Source of the DNA: Bacteroidales bacterium
GTDB lineage: Bacteria > Bacteroidota > Bacteroidia > Bacteroidales > Muribaculaceae
DNA: 64,000 nt
Assembly (NCBI GenBank): GCA_020860445.1
Contig: JAJBUH010000138.1
Location: forward strand, 9,840 to 73,839
Direction: 5' to 3'
Positions 31,377 through 39,699 of this stretch are shown one piece after another. The notes beneath the pieces are model-generated. The model had not been told where the DNA came from, did no database searches, and saw only the letters and a list, made by a program, of their open reading frames with translations. The first letter of the stretch is position 1, and each line of letters starts with the position of its first letter. Position numbers and translations under genes: made by a program.

Positions 31377-34058
31377 ATGCGAATCATTTCTACTGCTATT
31401 TTTGCCAGCTGCCTGATGCCGATGATGGCGCAGACGGCCAGCACGACCTTTGAGCCGGCTCCGGTGTCAGACATCAACGTCTACTTCTCGGTCGATGACG
31501 AGGGCGAGGCCTATCCCATCTTGTGGGGCCTCGACACCGCCTGGGACAGCGAGGAGAACATCCGTCGCGGCGTACGCTACATGGGCTCTGACATCATCGG
31601 CGTGGCCCGCGTGTCGTTCCAGCCCATCGACTTCCTCACCGAGGCCGTGCTTTCTGACCGCCAAGAAGCCAACTTGGTAGAGCGTCTGCGTAAGATTGCC
31701 CTTATCAATGGGGTAGGCGGCGTGAAGATTGTGCTCAACAACGACACCCCCGATGGCATGTACCTCGAATCGCTTGCCAACTCGGCCACGGACCCGGCTG
31801 CCTGCGAGGCATACTGCAACGTGATCTACGCTACTGCCCTCTCATGCCAGGAAAAAGGCTGGGAGGTGATTACCGCCTCGCCCCTCAATGAACCGGACTA
31901 TGTGTACAACCTGCAGGGCTCTCAGGACGACTTCCTGGCCATAGCCAAGATGCTCAAGACCTATCCGCAATTCAGCGACGGTTCGATCCGCATCAGCGGC
32001 GGCAACACCCTCAATTGTGACCAGGCCCAACCGTGGTATGACTACCTGCGCGACTATATCGACGAGGGTAATACCCACCAGCTCGCTGGCGTGTTTGACA
32101 ACTACGCATCATTCTTCGAGAATGTGCGCGCTGATGGCAAGTATGCTACTGCCGATGAGCTCCACAATATCATGGAGGCCATGGTGGGCGTGACCTACGG
32201 CATGCAGACTGGCATCTGGTGGGGCACTGCCGAATATGCCCGCGGCGAGTTCTGCAAGGCCAGTGGCGGCAAGCGTCTGGCTTATGATGAGAATCGCAAG
32301 GCTTGGACCTCGGCTGGCGTCTACCGCGCTCCCGATGGCAAGATCCAGGGATTCGTTGGCACATCTGAGCGTCAGGCCCTCGAGTGCGGCTACCGCTTTG
32401 TGTCGAAGGATAGGGACGTATTCTACAACGGCTACGGCCCCACTCGCGAGTTCTACACCAGCACCCCCGGTGGCACCAACTATCAGGACAAGCAGACCAA
32501 CGCCGAGTGTGTGATCAACATCACTTGGGGCGAGGACGTGCAACCTGTGATTGACGGCAACTACAAGGTGATGAACAAGCTCACCGGCATGCCGATGGGC
32601 ATCAAGGGTACTCCGGCAAACTGGTCGGTGCCTACGCAGTATGCCGATGGCGATGATACCGACTTTGGTTGGGAGGTTGTGCCAGTCGATGAGGGCATCG
32701 GTGGCGACTACAGCTATTTCACCTTCAACCTGGCCTCGAAGAATAATTTCAAGCTCGATGTCACCAATTGGAGCCTTGAGGACGGGGGATCCATCATCCT
32801 CTATGACGGAGGTCTGGGCAACAACGAACAGTGGGGTCTGAAATACGCCGGCGACGGCTATTTCCGCATCTTCAGTCGCCACAGCGCCTTGTATCTGACG
32901 CTTAAGGAGAACAGCGCTGACGATGGCGTGTATATAGTGCAGAAAGAATGGGCCGACGATGACGCTCAGCTGTGGCGCTTCATGCCAGTCGATGCTGAGT
33001 GCACTCAAGTGGCGCCGGCCGTGCCTCTTGACCTGAGAACTGAGAGTCGTCCCGGCGGTGTCTGGATTGACTGGACAGGCTGCGACTGCGGAGTGACCAC
33101 TGCTATTATCCTTCGCGCTGGCGAAGATGGCCAATACAATACTATCGCCAGGGATGTGGCTACTGATTATTTCTTCGACAACATGGCTCTGCCTGGTGTG
33201 ACTTATTCATATAAGATTAAGACAGTTGACTATTCTGGCAATATCTCTGAGGCATCTGAGCCAGTAGAGGGTAGGGTAAGCGACAGCCATGCGCTTCTCG
33301 CACAGTGGATGCTCGATCAAGAGCTCACCGACTGCACCGGCAATGGCAACAATCTGTTGACACCCTCATCGCTCAGCCAGCGCTACGCTAAGGGTCAGAA
33401 TGACGCTTATAGCCTCAATGTGGCTGGCAACCGCTTTGTGTCGATGCCTTATGCCCTCGGCAATCGCGAGGAGGCAACTTATTGCGCATGGCTGACTTGG
33501 CGTACCACTGGCGGCAACCAGGCTATCTTCAGCCTCGAGCGCGATGCTGACCATTATTGCTGGCTCGGTATCACCGAGGGTGGCAATCTGGGAGTGACCA
33601 TCAAGAATGGCGATGATGAGATAAGCGTATCTGGTGGCAGCCTCACCGCCAAGGAGTGGGCTCATGTTGCTTACACCATCACCCCCGATGAGATTGCCAT
33701 CTATCTCAATGGCGAAGAGGTGGCTCGCGAGGCCAACACTGCTCAGTTGACCCCGGCAGCCGTGGCTCCCGGCACATGCTATCTTGGTAAGCCTTTTGCC
33801 TATGATGCTGATTATCTGAATGCCTACGTGCAGGATGCACGCGTCTACAATTATGCTCTCTCGGCCTCGGAGATGGCTCAGGCTATGGATCTCTCCGGCA
33901 TCGCCAGCGCTGTCGCCGACAATTCGCCAGTCGTCGCCACTGAGTATTACAACCTGCAGGGCATGCGCATTCAGCAGCCCGCCTCCGGCACCGTGATCCG
34001 CGTCACCATCCACGCCGACGGCTCCCGCCGCTCCCAAAAGCTCCTCGTCACCGAGTGA
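31377..34058 (+). CDS. Multidomain T9SS-secreted putative glycoside hydrolase (TIM-barrel-like N-domain, ricin-B lectin, FN3, LamG-like, T9SS CTD)
   Basis: SPLNEPDYV (NEP acid/base-like), QxW-type motifs NEQWGL and AQLWRF, an FN3-like segment, LamG-like ...DARVYNYALSASEM. C-terminus YYNLQGMRIQQPASGTVIRV. Confidence 0.65.
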   Translation: MRIISTAIFASCLMPMMAQTASTTFEPAPVSDINVYFSVDDEGEAYPILWGLDTAWDSEENIRRGVRYMGSDIIGVARVSFQPIDFLTEAVLSDRQEANLVERLRKIALINGVGGVKIVLNNDTPDGMYLESLANSATDPAACEAYCNVIYATALSCQEKGWEVITASPLNEPDYVYNLQGSQDDFLAIAKMLKTYPQFSDGSIRISGGNTLNCDQAQPWYDYLRDYIDEGNTHQLAGVFDNYASFFENVRADGKYATADELHNIMEAMVGVTYGMQTGIWWGTAEYARGEFCKASGGKRLAYDENRKAWTSAGVYRAPDGKIQGFVGTSERQALECGYRFVSKDRDVFYNGYGPTREFYTSTPGGTNYQDKQTNAECVINITWGEDVQPVIDGNYKVMNKLTGMPMGIKGTPANWSVPTQYADGDDTDFGWEVVPVDEGIGGDYSYFTFNLASKNNFKLDVTNWSLEDGGSIILYDGGLGNNEQWGLKYAGDGYFRIFSRHSALYLTLKENSADDGVYIVQKEWADDDAQLWRFMPVDAECTQVAPAVPLDLRTESRPGGVWIDWTGCDCGVTTAIILRAGEDGQYNTIARDVATDYFFDNMALPGVTYSYKIKTVDYSGNISEASEPVEGRVSDSHALLAQWMLDQELTDCTGNGNNLLTPSSLSQRYAKGQNDAYSLNVAGNRFVSMPYALGNREEATYCAWLTWRTTGGNQAIFSLERDADHYCWLGITEGGNLGVTIKNGDDEISVSGGSLTAKEWAHVAYTITPDEIAIYLNGEEVAREANTAQLTPAAVAPGTCYLGKPFAYDADYLNAYVQDARVYNYALSASEMAQAMDLSGIASAVADNSPVVATEYYNLQGMRIQQPASGTVIRVTIHADGSRRSQKLLVTE

Positions 34059-34130
34059 AACGTAAGCACATAACCTTTACGTAAGCACATAACCTTTACG
34101 TAAGCACGGATGATACCATCCGCCACTTAG

Positions 34131-34239
34131 AGCCTCGGAGAGGCTCAACAACGTTAACCCCAGGCTGCCGAGGCGCTCCGCGCCGAGGCTGCCTGGGGTT
34201 AATTGGCCACCCACCCGGCGAGCCTCGGAGAGGCTCAAC
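34131..34239 (+). repeat. Triple-hairpin intergenic element (E family), copy 3
   Basis: Same architecture as copies 1-2. It lies at the left edge of accessory island I. Confidence 0.75.
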
Positions 34240-34456
34240 AGAAAATCAAATTTTCATATCTCTTGCAATTTTGCAAAATTTTAGATTTGTTAATGTAGTC
34301 ATATCCTATTGTAAACCAATGTGATATGAAATCATTACACGACTACCCTCCTCCTAAATGTGCTCAAAAAAGACACTTAAGGGATTTTTGCATTTCATTT
34401 CACCCCTTGTTTTTACCAAAAAATATCATTAACTTTGCAGAAAAATTACCTTAGAT

Positions 34457-35891
34457 ATGGAAGCCAAACTGATAGCGCGAGATCGAGAGATAGAGGAACT
34501 GAAGACAAGCTTGGAGTCGGATGAATCTGAGTTTGTAATTGTGTATGGGCGCCGACGAGTTGGAAAGACCTTCTTGATTGAAGAATTCTTTAATCGCACC
34601 TACGATTTCAAGTTTGTAGGGGGCCATAATATGCCAATTTCCTCCCAACTCAACAATTTCCGAAAGGCCCTTAAGAAATACTCCGGTGAAATGCCTCCAG
34701 AATTCTCTGATTGGTCAGAGGCTTTTGATGCTTTGGAAGAATGGATAGAGAGCATTGATGAGGACCGCAAAAAGATAATCTTTTTTGATGAGATGCCATG
34801 GATAGACCATCCTGACTCAGACTTTGTGCAATCATTGGAGTACTTTTGGAATAGTTGGGCCGCAGGTCGTGACGATATCCTGTTTTTAGCCACCGGGTCC
34901 TCCACCTCTTGGATGATAGATAATCTATTAGAGAATCAAGGAGGCTTGTACAACCGCATTACTACTCCAATCTACCTATCGCCTTTCAACCTTAGAGAAA
35001 CCGAAATGTATCTCAGGAAAAAGCGCGTGCCATGGAATAGATACCAAATCCTGCAATGCTATATGATCACGGGAGGTGTGCCATACTATCTGAAACTTTT
35101 CAACGCTAAACTGAGCGTGGCACAAAATATTGACAACCTCTGCTACCAACCAAAGGGTAAGCTCAGGATGGAATTTGACGAACTCTATCCGGCTCTATTT
35201 GCCGATTCGGAATTGTATTTACAGATAGCCCATCTGCTCTATGAGCATCAGGAGGGCCTAACTCGTACTGAGATTTTCGACCAAATCTCGGCTGAGGGAA
35301 GCAAGCTGACTCAGGCTCTTAAGAATCTGGAGCGCAGCGATTTTATCGCTCGTCGCTCACAATTTGGCAACAAGAAAAAGGATGCCGTGTACCGTCTGGT
35401 GGATTACTATTCGATATTCTATTTCAATTTCATAGAGAATGACCACACACTCAATCCTAACTGGTGGATAAATAATATGAATTCGCCTGAGGTGTTGGGT
35501 TGGATGGGCCGTACTTTCGAACTGATATGCCTCCAGCACCATCAGCAGATAAAGCAGGCGTTGGGCATATCTGGCATTTCTACCGAAGTTTCCACATGGC
35601 GGCAAAAAGGCAATCGCAAGGAGGGAATAAGGGGAGCTCAAATCGACATGGTTATAGAGCGAGCTGACCCTATGATCCATCTGTGCGAAATGAAGTTTAG
35701 CATAGACAAGTTTACCCTCACCCCACAATATGAAGAGCATTTGCGCAATAGGATGAGATTGTTTCAGGAGGCCACAGGTACAAAAAAAGACTCCACTGCT
35801 GACCTTTGTCACTACCTATGGCCTAAGCAATCCCACGGCCTACAGCACCATCCACTCAGACCTCACAATGGACTCTCTCTTCAATCCATAG
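34457..35891 (+). pseudogene. ATPase of the Arch_ATPase/DUF234 type with a C-terminal frameshift in an A7 run
   Basis: VIVYGRRRVGKTFL Walker A. After AAAAAAA (35782-35788) the annotated frame gives non-homologous sequence. The +1 frame reads TPLLTFVTTYGLSNPTAYSTIHSDLTMDSLFNP-stop (TAG 35889-35891), a plausible native C-terminus. Confidence 0.6.
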
Positions 35892-35925
35892 AAAACACAT
35901 TTTTTTACTCCTTACACGGCAAAAA

Positions 35926-35957
35926 TTTGGTGTTTCCAGATTTTTGCCGTAATTTTG
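35926..35957 (+). promoter_or_regulatory. Promoter P1 of the defence operon (cassette copy 1)
   Basis: TTTG (35926-35929), a 20-nt spacer, then TAATTTTG (35950-35957). The spacer is itself part of the hairpin ACGGCAAAAATTTGG/CCAGATTTTTGCCGT. Confidence 0.65.
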
Positions 35958-35960
35958 TGG

Positions 35961-36358
35961 TGCGCTGGAGGCTGGCGCGGCTCGAGAGCGAGCCTTAGGC
36001 TCCGGCGCTGACTTTACATACCGGCGTTTACTTTAGCGCTTAGTTCTTGTCATCGTGAAACTTCGCAACTTTCAAGAGACAGGCAAGGCTGGCAGTGAGT
36101 AGATGCCCCTGTTGTGGTATATACCACCGCGTGACTATCTGTCCCTCCCGGGGGATGGGTAGATCTGGTGCATATATATCCCACGCGTGGGGCCCTCTCA
36201 TTGCTCATCCTCCTTTTACGGGCAATGCGAAGGCCTCACAGTGTGGGATGAGCACGAGTGAGGATTCCCACGCTTTGTGTAAAGTGAAAAATGAAGAGTG
36301 AATAATGAAAAATGGCCTGGCCATGGGAGTCGGCTGGTCAAATCTTGCAATGCCTTAA
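35961..36358 (+). promoter_or_regulatory. Long structured 5' leader or candidate cis-regulatory RNA upstream of mod
   Basis: ~390 nt with no credible ORF, ~53% GC and dense palindromes/stems (35979-35994, 36114-36127, 36180-36191). Nested helices 36185-36191/36267-36273 and 36202-36210/36246-36254. Confidence 0.35.
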
Positions 36359-38170
36359 ATGCCAATCGACCGACCCCATCTGATAGAGCGCATTAAGAGC
36401 ATCGAGGGACTAACTCCTGACGAGCGCAGCCAACTGCTTGAGATGCTGCGCACTACGCCCAAATACGGCCTGGTGTGGGAGGACAAGCCCGAAGATGCCG
36501 AGCGCTTGCTCGAAGACAATCTGCCAGTACTCACCGAGGTGAAGGAGCGATACATCGCCGGTTCATCACCCGACAGCCCCAACCATATTCTCATCGAGGG
36601 CGACAACCTCCACGCCCTAACAGCCCTCACCTACACCCACGAGGGCAAAATCGACGTCATCTATATTGACCCGCCGTACAATACAGGCAACAAGGATTTC
36701 TGCTACAACGATAGCTATGTAGATGCGGAAGATTCTTTTAAACATAGTAAGTGGCTATCTTTCATGGTTAAACGTCTTCGTCTGGCCAAAAGACTTTTAT
36801 CAGAGAAGGGTGTAATCTTCATCTCCATTGACGATAATGAACAAGCACAATTAAAATTGCTTTGTGACTCTATCTATGGTCAAAATAATTTTTTGGGTAA
36901 CGTTATTTGGGAAAAAACAGATAGTCCACGAATGGATGTTAAGGGTTTCTATACTCGCCATGATTATATTTTAGTCTACAGAAACGAAGAGTTTACCTTA
37001 AAAAGAGTTCCCAATAAGGAAGTTCCAGCTCATTATAACAGGAAAGATGAAAAAGGTAGGCTCTACTACACCAAACCTCTAAGATTAATGGGAGGGCATC
37101 TAAGTGAAAGTTTGTTTTATTCTATCACAGCTCCCGATGGGACAATAGTCTTCCCCTATGAAAAAGACGGGAAAAAAGGAGGCTGGAGATGGAGTCAACA
37201 AAAATTCATTGATGAAAACGAGAGAATTGAATGGGTAAATGGTAAAAATGGATGGACACCTTATTTCCGTATTTATGCTGAAAATCTAAAGGAAGTTCCA
37301 GCGGCAACATTGTGGCCTTTTACAGAAGTAGGAAGCACTCGTACTGCAAAAGCAGAGTTCAACCAAATAATTGAGGATGGAAGATCTTTTAATTATCCCA
37401 AACCCACTTCTTTGATTAAATACATTGAGGTCATTGCCTCTGAACAAAATGCGACCATCCTCGATTTCTTTGCCGGCTCTGGCACTACCCTCCATGCCAC
37501 TATGCAACTTAATGCTGAGGATGGAGGCAAGCGGCAGTGCATCCTCGTGACCAATAACGAGAATGGCATCTGCGAGAATGTGACCTATGAGCGCAACAAG
37601 CGTGTCATCAACGGCTATACAACTCCTAAAGGCGTAGCCGTTGAGGGGCTGCATAACAATTCATTGAGATACTACCAGACCGATTTTGTGCCTCGCAAAA
37701 AGACCATGGCCAATATGCGCCGATTGGTCAACCTCGCTACTGACCTGCTTTGCATCAAGCATGATTTGTATGATGAGGCTCGATTCTTTGGCAAGAAGCT
37801 AAACAAGGATGTGGCTCGATTTTTCAGCAATGGCAAGAAACAAATGCTGATTCTCTATGATGAGCGAGCCGTTGACCCAGTGGCTGAGATTTTAGAGCAT
37901 CAAGCCGTGGATTCGCCAATCATAGTCTATGTATTCTCTCCCGACAATTACGCCTACGATGAGGAGTTTGCCGCCGTGGCCGACAAGGTAAACCTCTGCG
38001 CCCTCCCAGCCGCCATCTATGCTGCCTATCGCCATGTTCTCCCCAAAAAGAAACTCTATCACAAAGAGACACTGCAGGAGCCAACCGCTACCCCATCACC
38101 CAGCCCTCAAGGAATAGAGCAACTTCTGTTTGATCCCGATGAAGAGGAGGGGCCGGATGGTAGTGCGTAG
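36359..38170 (+). CDS. mod: Type III-like (beta-class) N6/N4 DNA methyltransferase, Mod
   Basis: Motif IV DVIYIDPPYNTG precedes motif I FFAGSGTT, with a long central variable region between them. 603 aa. Confidence 0.88.
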   Translation: MPIDRPHLIERIKSIEGLTPDERSQLLEMLRTTPKYGLVWEDKPEDAERLLEDNLPVLTEVKERYIAGSSPDSPNHILIEGDNLHALTALTYTHEGKIDVIYIDPPYNTGNKDFCYNDSYVDAEDSFKHSKWLSFMVKRLRLAKRLLSEKGVIFISIDDNEQAQLKLLCDSIYGQNNFLGNVIWEKTDSPRMDVKGFYTRHDYILVYRNEEFTLKRVPNKEVPAHYNRKDEKGRLYYTKPLRLMGGHLSESLFYSITAPDGTIVFPYEKDGKKGGWRWSQQKFIDENERIEWVNGKNGWTPYFRIYAENLKEVPAATLWPFTEVGSTRTAKAEFNQIIEDGRSFNYPKPTSLIKYIEVIASEQNATILDFFAGSGTTLHATMQLNAEDGGKRQCILVTNNENGICENVTYERNKRVINGYTTPKGVAVEGLHNNSLRYYQTDFVPRKKTMANMRRLVNLATDLLCIKHDLYDEARFFGKKLNKDVARFFSNGKKQMLILYDERAVDPVAEILEHQAVDSPIIVYVFSPDNYAYDEEFAAVADKVNLCALPAAIYAAYRHVLPKKKLYHKETLQEPTATPSPSPQGIEQLLFDPDEEEGPDGSA

Positions 38171-38295
38171 CACGATGCTTGTTTATTAACCCCACATGGA
38201 GTGCGTAGCACGGAATGTGGGGTATGCAATTCCTTTCTTCTCTTAAGAAGAGTGCGTAGCACGGCCCTGAAGCAACGTATATATTTTGACTCACA

Positions 38296-39699
38296 ATGAT
38301 TAAGAAACTACGATACCAACAGCAAGCCATCAAAGAACTGGTAGAGAAAGCCCTAAAGCTGCTCCACTCCCTGGGCGACCGCAAAAAGCTGATATTCCAA
38401 GCTCCAACCGGCTCGGGCAAGACTGTCATGATCAGCGAAGCCATGGCCCAACTGATGAGCGAGATAGACACCGACCCTACACTCACGCCACCGACATACA
38501 TTTGGGTTGCTCCCAACAAGCTGCATCAGCAGAGTCTCGAGAAGATGAAAGACTTCTTTGACGAGACACATACCCTGCGAGCCACTACCTACGATGGGTG
38601 CAACCACTCGGTAGGTGACCTCCTGCCCGAAGGACAAATCCTATTTGTCAACTGGGAGAGCATCAATAAGGACAAAAACATCCTGGTTCGCGATAGCGAG
38701 GGTTCCGCCTCACTCTACGACCTCACCGACCGCACCAAGGAGGAAGATATCCCCATCATCGTCATTATCGATGAAGAGCACCTATACGCTGGAGCCTCGG
38801 CCATACAGGCGCAAAAGGTGCTTAAGCGCATCAACCCTAAGTTGGAAATCCGCATCTCGGCCACGCCCAACAAGCAAGACCTGCACGAGAAGGTGACGGT
38901 GCAACGCAACGATGTCATCGCTGAGCAGATGATCAAGAAAGGCATCGTGCTCAATCCAGCACTCGATGTCACTCGCGAAGATGTCAATGGCCTCACCGAA
39001 TTGCTCATCGACCATGCTTTGGCAAAAAGAGATGAACTGGCCGAAGCATACCGCAAGCAAGGCAGTCGAGTGAATCCTCTATTGCTAATTCAACTGCCAA
39101 ATGATGGCTCAGAAAAAGTAACCGAGGAGGAAACTCGCATTATCAATTCAGTAAAGACGGTTCTCGAGGTGAAATACGATATCACCACTACCAATGGGCT
39201 GCTCGGCATCTGGCTGTCGAAAGAGAAGGAGAATCTTGATGGTATTGAGCGAGAGGATAATCTTACCAAAGCTCTGCTTTTCAAGCAAGCCATAGCCCTT
39301 GGTTGGGACTGCCCCCGAGCCGCTGTATTGTTGATTTTCCGCAAGATGGAGAGCATGCAATTTACGATGCAGACCGTGGGCCGCATCCTGCGTATGCCCG
39401 AGCATAAGCATTACATGGATCCGCAGCTCAACCAGGGATATGTCTATACCGACCTCAGCAAGGACAAAATCAGCATCGTAGCCGATGATATTGACTATTT
39501 CGCTAAAAACGAAACTGCCTACATCAAAGATGGTCTGGAAAACGTAACTCTCAAATCAGTCTACCGCGAACGCCTCAGCGAGGAACGCAACCGCCTACTG
39601 CCCAATTTTGGAGAATTGCTGCGTATGCATTTCACCAAGAAACTCCTGGGCCAAGCGCATCAGCAGACCCTTGATTTCCAACTTTTTGAAGACGAATGA
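38296..39699 (+). CDS. SF2 helicase/ATPase, Res-like N-terminal module
   Basis: FQAPTGSGKT (motif I), VIIDEEH (motif II), QTVGRILRMPE (motif VI). Confidence 0.8.
   Translation: MIKKLRYQQQAIKELVEKALKLLHSLGDRKKLIFQAPTGSGKTVMISEAMAQLMSEIDTDPTLTPPTYIWVAPNKLHQQSLEKMKDFFDETHTLRATTYDGCNHSVGDLLPEGQILFVNWESINKDKNILVRDSEGSASLYDLTDRTKEEDIPIIVIIDEEHLYAGASAIQAQKVLKRINPKLEIRISATPNKQDLHEKVTVQRNDVIAEQMIKKGIVLNPALDVTREDVNGLTELLIDHALAKRDELAEAYRKQGSRVNPLLLIQLPNDGSEKVTEEETRIINSVKTVLEVKYDITTTNGLLGIWLSKEKENLDGIEREDNLTKALLFKQAIALGWDCPRAAVLLIFRKMESMQFTMQTVGRILRMPEHKHYMDPQLNQGYVYTDLSKDKISIVADDIDYFAKNETAYIKDGLENVTLKSVYRERLSEERNRLLPNFGELLRMHFTKKLLGQAHQQTLDFQLFEDE

Noticed and set aside
36095-36301. 68-aa ORF inside the operon leader
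   Set aside because: It has a GTG start with no plausible start context, and a Cys/Gly/Pro-rich composition typical of a random frame in GC-rich palindromic DNA. It overlaps the predicted helices.
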